Assembly: GCA_000708835.1 (NCBI GenBank)
Contig: DF236965.1
Span: forward strand, 310,001-374,000
Length of the DNA stretch: 64,000 nt
Direction of reading: 5' to 3'
From: Klebsormidium nitens
Taxonomy: Eukaryota; Plantae; Klebsormidiophyceae
Part shown: in pieces, positions 34,264-47,100 of the stretch
How positions within the stretch are numbered: position 1 is the first letter of the stretch
Layout of the letters: each line of letters opens with the position of its first letter
Translations under genes and position numbers: made by a program
The notes under the pieces: model-generated
The model's database searches: none
What the model was told of the DNA's origin: nothing
What the model saw: the letters and a program-made list of their open reading frames with translations, nothing else

Positions 34264-37200
34264 ATGACGACCTCAGAGGAGTTTATATTTAGGAGTGCGC
34301 TCCCGGACGCGGACATTCCAAATGTTTCGCTGCCAGAGTATATAAACACCTGCATTGCGCGGCATGCTGACCTCGACGCGGCCGCTTATATCGACGGCCC
34401 TACTGGCAGGACGTACACCTATAAGCAACTCACGGAGTTGGTAAGGAGGGTTGCTGCAGGCCTAACTGAGCGAGGTATTGTACAGCGGGACGTGGTCATG
34501 ATTTTGGCACCCAATTTGCCGGAGGTGAGTTTGTTTCCTGACGTTGCTTACAAGACTTGGTTGGGGATACAACTTAGAGTGGTAAAATGACTGCAGATAC
34601 CAATTCTCAGAATTGGGTTGATGTTTGTGCTCTAAAGTCCTGAAAGCTGTGGTCACAAAACGTCGATCTCATATTTGTAAGCATTCTTGCTCAGGATTTG
34701 CCAATTGTGGGCCGTTATCAAAAATACTCCGTTCGCCCACATTTCAATCGTACTTCCCACATTTCAAACATGCAACATAGTTGAAAGTACGTACCCAGCT
34801 TACACATAGAGTGACATGCCTGATTCAGAACAACTTGGGAGCAGGAACTATTTGAGGATGGCACACATCTGCTCGCAAAGCAACCAACCGCTAGCCGCGA
34901 TTTGATGGAGATGTCTGAAAACCCTTTGTTCGAATGTGCAGTATGCAATCGCCTTCTTGGGCATTGCCTCCATTGGCGCCGTCATCACCACCTGCAACGT
35001 GAGTCAGGGGCGCTCCAATTAAATTCTCCGACCGGCACTTGACACTCCCGCTAGATTGGTCCTAGTTCAACTCTCAGGGTTGGGAGTTAGACATGTGTAC
35101 TTACAGCGGTTAATATTGTGACTGCGGAGATTGTTCATCGAGCAGAATGTTCCTAAGCCAAAAGAAACTGAAAGCTAAAGCATTTTGGGAACCAATGGGA
35201 CCATGGGCCGGGGCAGTATCCAACAAACCCCCAGAGAGTTGTGATCAAAAAGTCACCCCTTTGCAGCCATACGCTTGGAAATAGACTGCCAATAAGAAAT
35301 GTTGAACCAGGAAAAATACTCACAAAACGCCTTCGGAGCCAAACGCAATGACCCTTTGCTCATATCTTGTTTTGACGAAGTGAATCAGCGCTAGTGGAGC
35401 ACAGCAAGCATGCCCACTCACCAAAAGTAGAAACGCATTGGATAAAAGTTGTGCAAAGGAAGTTTGTAAAGAAGTACGCTGGGTCGTCACGCCACCCATG
35501 TAAGGTGCTGTGAAAGTTGGAGAATAGGCGGAAAGAGGCTTTTCTTTTCTGCATCCTATGTATGGTCAAGCTCTGCCCCTTATCCTTTTCTGTTAAACAC
35601 TGCACAGTCGAGCTCTGGATGAAGACCAGGGGCTGGAAAAAGCAGAACGCTTGCGTTAAAAATCCCGTTTTAATACGCTACGAAAGAGTAATCTCCTCTC
35701 TGCAGCCTATGTACGGTGCGATGGAGATCGGCAAGCAACTGGACGACTCCAAAGCCAAACTGATCTTCACAATCGAGGCGCTGCTTCCCACGCTTGAGAA
35801 AGCCGGCGTTACCCTCCCGGTGGTGTGCTTTGGTTCCGCTCCGGGGGGCACAATTCCCTTTGAAGAGCTGATAAAAGCAGACCCCTGGAAAGCGCCGACG
35901 GTGTTCATCCATCCTGAGGACACGCTCGCGCTGCCGTACAGTTCTGGGACCACAGGTGTGTGTCCTTTGGAGATTAAGTCTGCCAGGATTTGAAAATTTG
36001 GTGATCTGAGGGCCTTCATGGTCTTGACAGTTATGAGTTGCGAGGCTTCTCACTGATGCGATCTGGAATCTCTGGGGCCCAAGGTTCCGAGGTTCAAGCT
36101 TTCACGGATGATAAGGTTACAGAAATACAGGCGGAAGGACTAGAGACTCCGTTCGGTGTTTCCTAATAGGTTCAGGCTGCACTAGCTGCGTTGGGCGCCT
36201 CATCTGAACTTTCGGACTGTTCTTTGTCTATACTAGTCAGTTGCGCTCTGGTGCCGTGTTCCTGACCCGTTGCTTGATGCCTTAATCATGGTTATCGTTC
36301 ATGGAGAACCAGGTCTTTATCGTCAGAAATAGTCAGAGATCCCCGACGGGATTGATGCTTGCTTGTCCCATGAAGTCGGGCCTTATCCTGACCGACTGAT
36401 CTCTCGAATCAGAGTCACAATCAGAAACATGTCTTACATGCAGGTCGACATGTCTCGTCTCTTCGTCTTGAAGCACTAACGACAAGGCATTGCAAATCAC
36501 ATTTTCGGTCCTCATTTAACGCATATCTTCCCGAAACTCTCCCATTGCCTGACCAAGTCCTGACCCTTTCCCCGCGCAGGTGTGGCCAAAGGGGTCGAGC
36601 TGACCCACCGCAACCTCGTCGCAAACCTCGTCCAATCCGTGGGCGGCCCTGTCCCGGTGATGCATTTCCAACCGCATGACGTCACCCTCGGGCTGCTGCC
36701 CTTCTTCCACATCTACGGCATGACGACCCTCATCCTGTCCCCGCTCGTCAAATGCATACCGCTCGTCGTGATGCCCAAATTCGACCTGGTCGAAATGCTC
36801 GAGCTCATCCAAAAGTACAAGATCTCGTTCGCGAACCTGGTTCCGCCGGTGATCCTCGCGCTCGCGAAGCACCCCGTGATCGACAAGTACGACCTGTCGT
36901 CGATGCGCGGGATCATGTCGGGCGCAGCGCCGCTCGGGAAGGAGCTGCAGCAGGCGGCCGCGAAACGGCTCAACGTCACTGTCGCTCAGGTGAGGACGAT
37001 TACGGCATTGAGGCAAGTGAGAGTTTCTTCTCAAACGAAAATTGCAGATGGTCATAATCAAGGGGCTTAAGACGTCTTTGAGTAGATAGGGATGTTGGCG
37101 TTTGACAGTTTCTTCCGAGCACACTGCCACTTTCGGGAAGTCTAGACTTGATCAGTCAGTCTGCGATTGCGTGCGTTGGGGCACTCCTTGACACTGATTC

Positions 37201-40170
37201 GGCAAACTGCTCGGAAGAACGTCCTTATCGTGACGGTTTTGAAGACTGTGACACAGCAGCCGCCAGAATTGTGTTACGGTTGAAAACGCATGCCCTAAAC
37301 GATTCTCGGACAGATTTTCGGGTTGAAACCATGTTGTGCAAGCCTTCTGTGAGCCGGGAGGCGGATTCCAGTGCATCAAGCCCTTGACGACAAGGGCTAC
37401 GACGAAGTTGGACAGAGGATTACGGGTGCCACAAGGAGTTGGACTTAACTCCTGAGTATCACTTACACAACATCGTTTCTGTGCTTTTGCAGGGTTACGG
37501 CATGACCGAGAGCAGCCCCATCACTCTCGTAACCCGAAACGTGTCTGCGCGGCCCATGGAGTGCACGCCGGGATCGGCAGGAAGCGTTGTAATCAATACG
37601 GAGGCAAAGATCCGGGATCCGGAGACGGGCAAGTCTCTACCGCCCAATCAAAGGGGCGAGCTGTGTATCCGGGGGCCGCAAGTGATGAAAGGTGAGGCCT
37701 TTTTCTCTATCTTTTTCTCCTCAGAAAGGTGTGAACAAAATGAAGGTGCTCTGCATGAAAGGTGGAGTAAAGGAGGCCGATTTGCGCCTCTGGTCAACGG
37801 GGTGAAATCGAAGGTGAGGGCGATTTTCGTACTAGCTATGACAAGCGCAGTGTGGATGAGAACGAAGAGAATAAACAAGAAGAAAGAAGGGGCTGTTGCT
37901 GAGACTTGCCTTTGGGTATCGTTACAGGAATACTTCAGCCGGGTCTGCCTCATGCGCACATCTGAGAAAGAGAGTTGTTATTCGAAGCCCATAGATCTGA
38001 GCCTCCTTACGGTGTGGGTTCATCCCACCTTCGGATCCCGCAATGAACCTTCTTAAAAAACTGAAGCCCCAAAATCTGTCAATAGTAGGTTACTTTCATT
38101 CGTAACACCATGGGCAAAGGGCTGAATGATATTGGTCCGCCTTCAGTGACTTCGACATACGGTAAAGCAGTCCGAATCGCACTGAAGCAACTACATTGCG
38201 TCCCCGATGTACCCCAAAACCGGTAGAGTCGACTTCCATTGCCGATAACAATCTCAAAGCCCAGGAGTCCGCATAGAATGGACGAGAAACAATGTCGCGC
38301 TTTGGCAAGACGTGGTTCGCTCTCAAAAGCCGCAAGCGACTGCCCCAACCTTGCAACATCCTCGAATCCACGTTTCCCGACTCCTGCGCTTTTTTGCCGG
38401 TTCCCCAGAGGCAACCAAGCGACTTTTAGACACTCCGGTTTAATGAAATCTCACTCTGAATCCAGGTTATCTCAACAAGCCTGAAGAGACCGCTGCCACA
38501 ATCGATAAGGACGGCTGGCTCCTGACGGGCGATATCGCGTTCATCAACGAGCGCGGCGAAATATTTGTCGTCGACCGCGTCAAGGAGCTCATCAAATACA
38601 AAGGATTCCAGGTGAGCCACGCATAGCTTATGGCGCGCTTTGTAAGTTAGGTGAGCACGCATAGCTTATGGCGCTCGGCATGAATCATCTTATAAGTCCG
38701 CTTATATAGTTGAGTTAGCATCGGCACTTGACACGCCATTAGCCTCCAGCCTCGTTTCCTCATGCAACGCGTCGTTTCGAAACCTCTCTCAAGAGTGCTC
38801 CAAAGAAATCTCGTCAGCAGTGTCCTGCACCAATTGAATGGACACCTTTGACGAAACACATGGACAGACTACCGGAACACGAGAATTGTGAAAGGAGAGC
38901 TGACCGGTATTCTTGCGATGGCCACCCACTTTGAACCAGCTCCCAACGTGCCCACTTCGCAAAATAGGATAAAGATTAGCCCAAAGCTCCCGTTTGAATT
39001 CCCGCATTTACCCCCAATGCTAGTTCCTGTCAATGCACCAACTTTCGCGTGCCAACCGTGACCGCTGCTTTGTGATCTTAAGTTGGCTCTGCTTGTTTTA
39101 CCGCCAAATACATGTGGCTGCCACTGCGGCAAAGCTTCTGTTCTTGAAACCCATGCCTTAGTTGCCCTTTCCGCATATCTGACGATTGCTGTGTTGCTTC
39201 CAGGTTCCTCCGGCCGAGTTGGAGGCTCTCTTAGTGGACCACCCCGCTATTGTCGACGCGGCGGTGATTGGGTGAGCAGTGCTGTACACTGAATGTATTT
39301 TGCGAAGATTTCCTTGCTTCAGTCCCTCGCATCATAGGGCGCCTTGGCTTCATACCGGAGCCTAACCGCGACCGAACCGGAGCATCTCGCGCCGGAAAGG
39401 GACGAACGAATCGGAGCTGCAGTTCTCAGAAATGGCTGGGGGCCAAGCCTCTTCGCGATTACCAGCGTCCATCTTGTTAACTGTAACGGATGGAACGGTT
39501 CAGATCGCTTCATCAGTTTCTATACTAGAGATTCTGGTCACGTGGCACAGGTCCCAAGTGCTGAGTAATTGATGAGGCTAAAATTCAGCCCCGTCGCTGG
39601 CGCAGGATCCCGGACGAGGAGGCGGGCGAGCTGCCAATGGGCTTCATCCAGGTGGCAGAAGGGAAGACGATCACGGAGGATGACGTCAAGGAGTACGTCG
39701 CAAAGCTGGTGAGGCGGTGACTACCGGAATGCTGGCTTGCGCTAAACGACGCTTTCTCAAGGAACACGCAAATCAGTCCTCGCCTTATCTGTGGTAAGGT
39801 CGACTGATTTGAGTAGATCTTTGGAGTATGGAACTTACGATGGGACACTGGCACGTAGGGGTTCGATTTGGAGACGATGGGCGCATGTGAAATCGAAACG
39901 CCTGAAGACAGGTCTGATGGGAGTGTCAAAGCCTGAACTCGAGATCACAAACTTCGGCATCTTGTCGAGTGCTGATTACTCCTCCTCGGACTCTATTTGA
40001 AGTCCCTAAGACGTGGTTAAATTTTGCTCCCACTTTTGCAGGTTGTCCACTATAAGAAGCTGCGCGCCGTCGAGTTCGTGGAGAAGGTTCCAAAAACGGC
40101 GTCCGGTAAGATTCTGAGGAAGGAGTTGAGAGCCATGGTTGCAGCGAGATCGGGGAAGAGCAAGTTGTGA
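34264..40170 (+). CDS. 4-coumarate:CoA ligase-like acyl-activating enzyme with C-terminal PTS1 (peroxisomal)
   Basis: AMP-binding motifs [10 protein letters not shown]|[61 protein letters not shown] and [15 protein letters not shown], then [25 protein letters not shown] (stop at 40168-40170). Confidence 0.92.
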
Positions 40171-41171
40171 CCGAAGCGTTGGAGTTTTGCTCGCCCACTG
40201 AGGGCTCTAGACCAGCGGCTGGGTCTTAGCGGGGAATTAGGCAAAAGATTTTGTCCATGCACGAGATCCTAGACATAGTCCACTTACAGGTGTAGACAAA
40301 CCGCTTGCATAGGGCACGCAGCCTGCACACGGATTCCCAACGAGTCGGGTTGAGTGGGTTTGATAAATCGAGGTCCACATGAGGCCCAAATGTTGCGGTA
40401 CCATACAATGCTTTTGTAGGGCGGAGATGCAGTCAGTAAGACACAGCCGTATAGTATGTGAGCTTCAGTCAGTCAAATAGACAATGGACGATGGTTACAA
40501 AGTTTTCTGCAAAAGAGAATCACAGCATCTAGTCTTCAAGAACCAGGCGTGCATTCACAGATTTGTTGCGTTTTATGCTCGCATCTCCATATTGTCGATC
40601 TTTGCAACGCCCGCACATTCATGAACAGCAGTAGTTTGCTTTGCCATGTCTAACTAAAAGGCACATGACCGTCTGATTGTTGAAAGTCTATAGGCCGAAA
40701 ATGGCGACAGCAAATGATGGCCCGCAAATATGCATGACGGCCAGGATGCCCAACTAGGTGAAGGCGTCAATTAACGTACGTTCAACATGTGCTCAGACGG
40801 CTGGCAGTGTACGTACGTGTTGTTGCATGCATCTGCATCTCTAGATCAGTGCAATTCAAGCCGGGATGAGATGTCACTCCATGATGCATGTGACATCGTC
40901 ATGCTAGGCCCACGCATTTTACGGCGCCCATTTTCATGAAGCAGGTTGCTCCAGACGAGGTATCACGGCACACTCGACGGCAACCTCCGCCACGATTACC
41001 TTATATCATAGCAATATACTTTCATTTGCTCTTGACAAACTCGAACTAAGCGACCACTGCCCACCGCCGCTGCGGCTCGTAACGTTACCAATGTAGAAGA
41101 TCGTGTATAAAAATCGGATCATTGATCTCTGATTGGCCGCAGCCTAACTCATTCGCAGACCGTGGATCCTC

Positions 41172-44100
41172 TCAGTAGAGAATCTGGTCAAACACGGCCG
41201 ACAGATCGGGGGCCACAGCTGCGGACAGCGTCTCGGACAGCTGCTTGGCCTCCCGTCCGAAATCGTCCGCCAGCAGCTTCAGCAGCGGCTGGTACTGCGT
41301 CTGCTTGCGGCTCAACACCCGTCGAAAGGCGCGCAGGCCCAGCCAGAGCACCTGAACAGTGGGTCAGATTCGACTCGATGAGTTTCGCAGCTCGGACTTT
41401 CCTCATAACACTGAGAGAGCTCCGACCCGGCCAGTCGCAAATCCTGTGTTCGGATGAGGTCGTTGCTTATCCAGCAGAGCCCAAAAGCGCCCAGAACAGC
41501 CTCCAGGAAAAGAACTTTCTTCTCCTGTCTCGACCGAGGAGCCGTCATTTGACTCCGTGAAAAGGGTTGCTGCCGTCAACCAGAAAGCGCTCCATGGCGA
41601 CGAGTCACCTGGAACAGAGACGAGTTCGTAGCAAAGAGGGCGAACAAGCAAGGAAAGAGCGTAGATATGCACGAGCGACAGCTGATAGCTTACCAGACCG
41701 GACTAAAATTCCAAAAGCACTACGCACTAATCGAAAAGACACCGTTGAGAAGTTTTACCTGGGACTTGGAGACCTTGCCGGAGCACCCGGTGCCTCTCCG
41801 GCGCGCAGCCTCTCTAGCCGTCCCCACGGCTGCAGACAGGTAGCCGATCGCCTTCCAGATTTCACGGGCCAGGAACTCGGGATTGCTCCGGGGATCCCCA
41901 CCGGAAGCGGAGAGGAAGCAGTGGAACTTGATGGCGCACAGCAGGAAGGCCTGGCAGGGTAAAGGAGAATGGGCTGACGTCAGAGCGTACGAGTGACGTC
42001 AGCAACTCGCTTTCAAGACGAGGGCGGAGACAACCTGTGCCGACGTGGGTGCTCGTGTAAGATCCGTGAGGCGCGCAGTTGAGCAGATGACGTCAGCCGT
42101 TCGTTGAGAACGTCTGGGAGACCTGCAATCCGCTGAATTGGAAATGCTGGCGCGAAGGGCGCACAGAGTAAGCGAATCAAGGGGACCCAGCATAGTTAGA
42201 TCTACGGCAGCAGTTCATTTTTCAGACTCAAGCCAACTTTTGTAATCGATCACTGGCAGCTAGAGTGAGAGAGCTTAAGGTTGACATGCTTGAAAGAGGT
42301 TAAGGCTGACATGCTACAGATAAGTTGACAATCAGATTCCTGTGGCGCCACGCCTTTGACACACCTGATAGATGTTCAGCCTAACCGTGGTCGGCGAGTT
42401 GATGGCGGTGTCAAAGAAGACCGCGTGGCACTTGGGGCGCAGCCACAGGCACAGGCGGTCAGCCAGGATGGCGCCACGTCGGCCCTTGGTCACATCGACG
42501 GCCATGGAGTCGCGGATGTACTCGCCGCTGTACCGAGTGTAGTCCGCTTGTACCTCCAGGGTCTCGGAGTTGAGGAGGAGGCCGCACCAGCGGATGAAAC
42601 TAGAGCGAGCGAAAAGGGCAGGGTCAATTGAGGGGTCAGTCAGATTTTGCACTTCTAACCAGGGGATTGAATCAGACTTTCACGCATTTGCCACTTGAAG
42701 TTTCAGCAACCCCTACGTTAGCTTTGACTTCCGTTTGGAAGATATTTGAAGGTGAAAGCGTGACTGTTGTTTGGCAAAGGGTTCGAGAAACGCGCGTATT
42801 CTATGCAGCAGCATCGCCAGGACCTTTTAAGAGTCCCGTACCTAGGTGTCGGAGTCGGATCCTGCAGCGCTTTTAGAGAAAAATTTCTTCTTATCGGTAA
42901 GATACGTTTTCATATCTTTCTATTGAGCTGTTTGAGTGGCAATTTCCTGACAGTTGAAAATGTGACCTCTCAATTGCAAACCCTCACCTTCTTCCGCTTC
43001 CGTCGACGTACATATTCTGCGCGCGCAAGCCCCCCTGCTCGTCGTTCAGATCAAAGTTGAGGCACGTCTTCGCCGGGTTCGCCTCCGCGCCATACGCCGG
43101 GAAACCCGCGTGCATCGCGCCCAGGTACGCTGCCACGTGGCGCTTGGACGTGGACAGGAAAAGTGAGTCGTCCACCCACCGCATGAGGAGCGACTGGGGC
43201 CCGGAGCCGCTGCTACGTGGCCCATTCTCATTGGCTGGTGCAGGCCGTTTCTCGTTCCGCCTGTCGACCCCGTGGTCCGAGGTGCCGCCGGCTGCGGCAT
43301 CTCGCTCTAGTTGCGTCCCAATGTTTCTGGACTCCCCCCGGTTTTCTTCTGCTCTTGTTGTCCCGGTCTTTGGTGCACGTTCTAGAGGGGCTGTGCAGGT
43401 CGTCACTCTCTGCCGGCTTGTAGTTTCCCAGGGGGGCTCTCTTCCCGGCCAGTCATCCCCCCTGCCCACGCTTCCCCAACCCCTTTCCCCAGGCGACGTC
43501 CCCTCGTCTTGCGAGGCATACCCTTGCTCGATCTCCCAAAAGCACCCCCCCTCGCCGCTGTCGATCTCGACCCCCCCGGAAAACCCGCCGTCAGGTCCCT
43601 CCGCTTCGCTTTCGGTTTCGCTTGACTCCATCCGCAACCAAGCCTCCGTTCCATCGTGCTCCGGGGTCCGCGGTTCCGGGGGCTCATTCACACCGTCGCT
43701 GAGAGCGCGGGCTGGGCTGGATGGGAAAAGGCCCTCTTCGAGGGGACGACCCGCACCGAACCCCTCTCCGAGACCTGCTCCAAGCCCGGCCGTGACGTTA
43801 GCTTCTTCCGACTTGCTCCTTCGGCGCAGAAGCACTGCTTCGCTGACGTCAGACTCCTGCGGGCGGTCTGGAGATATCATTCCGTTCAGACCCCTGCCGT
43901 TCCGTTCACTCCCAAACCGCCCGTCCTGTTGGCCAACCCCCGGTTCTCCGCCAGAGGCCCGGTCGCCGCTTTTCGCTCCCGCCCTTCCGCTAACTAATTC
44001 CGTTCCGCTGTCCGGTTCCGTTCCGCTGCCTCCCGACAAGGCCTCTTCGCAGGCTTTCCGCTCGAGCAACGGCATGAGCACGTTGTTCTCGAGGTGGGCG

Positions 44101-47100
44101 TAAAAGAAGGAGCAGAAGAGAGTGGACAGAATGGACCCCTGCGCGATGCCGCGCCGCTGGTGTAAATATGCTCGCCCATAGCGCACCACGCTGCCGAACA
44201 GGTGCTCCCGGATGAGCTGCAGCTGCTTTCCCCGACTGATCTCGGAGCAGTTCACCTGAGAAAGAAGACGACAATTGATGTGACGGAGTGCTTGGGGAGA
44301 CTGGTGCTGAGTAGACGCTGCCGCTTATGGACACGGTTGAAGGTAGATCATCACATTGAAATTTTCTCTTCCCTAGCTTGAGTTTCCCTTTTCAATCACT
44401 TTGAACTATCTTCTCTCGCCAAGTTCAAGCAGTGCAGTCGTCGGTGCAAGTAATGCTTCAAAGGCGACAACGGCCAGCAAGAGATGACACCAAGCATTGC
44501 ATGAAAACCACAAGCGTTGCATCTGTGCGAGTTTACGGAACTTGTCAACAGCTATAATACTGAACACGCAAGCTCCCTTCCCTGTGCCCAAACGGCCCGC
44601 ATCGCTCACCTGGTCTACAAACACCGCGCCCCCGGCCTTCTGTGACGTCAGCCGCCGAAGCGCCTCCTGGAAGGCCCGGTACGCCACGTGGGGCTCGCTG
44701 ACGTCGACTGACGTCGCCAGTTTCTCCCCACGCACTCGCACGGCGCCAAATGCGGGGGTCGCGCGCGCATTCCAGAGCAGCTGGTAGACGGGCGACCGGA
44801 ACAGGGCTTGCACGATCTGCGACGTCAACGAGAGGAGCTTTTGGGTTACTCAGTCTGTCCTCAAATGAAGGCAACGAAGAGAGACTACCTAGTCAAATCA
44901 CGTAACTACTCGCAGGCCGAGTGGCTTGGAGCCTAACGGTCAAAGACTACGAGGTTCGAACGCTCAAAACGGTGCTATGATTGGACGGGTTTCACTGCTT
45001 GAGGCGGCGAATGGGACGTCCTATTTCTAGCTTTACATCGTAAAAGAGCTTGGTTGGATGTCACAAACAGAAATCGAGGATCGAATAGCCTATCGAGAGA
45101 GTCAAGAAGAAGACTGTACAGATGTCAATGATGGAGGTCGATAGGTCAGACGGATGATGGAAACGCAGCTGAGGATGAAAGCGTGAAAACTTCGACGATA
45201 TAGAGCATGTTCATGCCGAAAGCAGATTGATGACAAAGCTACGATTGCACACCCCCGGATTTGACATTGATCACGTTTGGTGATTCAACAGAAGTGTCAG
45301 GCCTCATTTGGAAATCTACTCCCGTTGCAGGCGCGGAGAAAAGAACGCCCAAAAGGAATCATTTCGCACCTGCCAGAGGAACTCCTGCGGGATGGTGTCA
45401 TACGCCGCTGCGATGTCACACCCCGCCATGAAGACCTTCGGCATCGGTGCCCCGGGTTTGGTCCTTAACCCGCGCACAAATCCCCGCAGTTTTGCATGGA
45501 TGTCGTCAAACCCGAAAACCGAGCAACCCAAATCCTCCGAACCCCGCCACTTCTCCAGCTTCAGAATCGCGTGCGCGTCGCCCAGCAGCTTGTTCGGTGC
45601 GCCAAACTCTAGAACCTTGGACGTCGGCAACGGACAGCTGGCGGCTGTCGTGGCAGCGCCCGCGAAACCTCTCGCGCCCGGCCGTCCGAACGGATCCGCA
45701 TTCCGTCCGGTTCCGTCCGCGTTCCGTCCGACACCGTCCCGCTTGCGTCCGACAGTAGTCGAGCCCCGTCCGAAAATGTCCGCAACCCGCTCGAAGCCAT
45801 CCGCTTGCGGCCCAAGTCCGGCGGACTCACGTCCAGACACGTCCTGTTGATGTCCAAAGCTGTTCGAACTCCACCTTTGCTCGCGCACATGCCCGCCCTC
45901 CAGGCCGTTCCGTCGCCGCTGAAGCCCACCCAACGAGTTTCGCCGTCTGAACGGACTCCTCACACCCGCGGTCGATACCGATCTCTGGTCCGCTCGAGTT
46001 TCAATCCGCACGACGCTCTTCGCGCCCAGCCGCGCGATTGGGCGCATCCCGTTTGCCTTTGGCAGCAGCCGCATCTCCGCGGGGCCGAAAACGCGCCCCT
46101 TGCTCGCGAGCAGCGCCTCGGCGCTCCCGGCTGACACGTGGCAGTACGGTCCGCCAGGGCCCGCCAGGTGGCGCACGCTGAGTGCTGCCAGGTGGCGCCA
46201 CAAGGGCTTGCGGTAGTAAAAGACCTTCTGCTTGTGGGGCTCGGATTCGGTGACGTAGAAGTGGCTCCGCAGGAGGGGCACAACTAGGCTCGCGAACAAA
46301 AAATAGAGCCACTCGGAGAGGCGCCGCCGGAGCGCTGCCGTCTTTTCTGGCGGAAATTTTGGCATCTGCTTGGCAGGGGTGGAATGGGGCGCAGCCTGAA
46401 GGGGGCTTTGGGTGTGGGAAACTCTAATCTGCGGCTCTTGCGTCAGGGGCACGTCAGCATCAAAATGGAACGGTGAACCCGTCCCAACAGCATCAGGTAA
46501 CCACGCATTCTCCCGCAGAAAGGCCTGGACGCGACCGGTGACTTCCACCGGCCCGGATTCACCCGCCAAAACGACGCCCGATTGCAATTCTCCGGTTGCC
46601 AGCCCTCCCGAACCGCCCATCCCGCCGTCACCAGCACTTCTCTCCAATCCACCCCCAGGAGCGCCCCTGGGAACCACCCCCTCGGAACGAGAGTCCCCCT
46701 CCCACAGCCATGGAAAGTCCGCCAGCCTCAGCCCATGCATCAGCTCCGTCAAACTCATCGTCTCAAATCGCCCGAGCCGCACAAAGCGATTCACGTGGCC
46801 TCTGAGCGCGCGCCCGCTCGCGCTGCCACGTGGCCCACCCAGAAGCGCCCCCGGGACTGCCTTCCGGAGCGCGGTCCACACGAACGCTGCCACGTGGCAG
46901 TGCTCGCAGAACTGGCCAATCAGCTGCTTGTACGTGGCGTCCGGAGCGAGGTGGGTGGGGAGCAGCGCAGCAAGGCCTCCGGAATCGCCGGCGGAGTGCT
47001 GGGATGGAGGGGCACAACTGAAGGCCCTGTTTTGCTCGACGTCGCCAGCATTCCCGTGCCGTGAATTCCCAGCTTCCGCTTCCTGCTGAGCGACAGAACC

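Noticed and set aside
43057-44103. 348-aa plus-strand ORF
   Set aside because: Antisense shadow of the GC-rich TERT insertion. P/S-rich with no independent motif.
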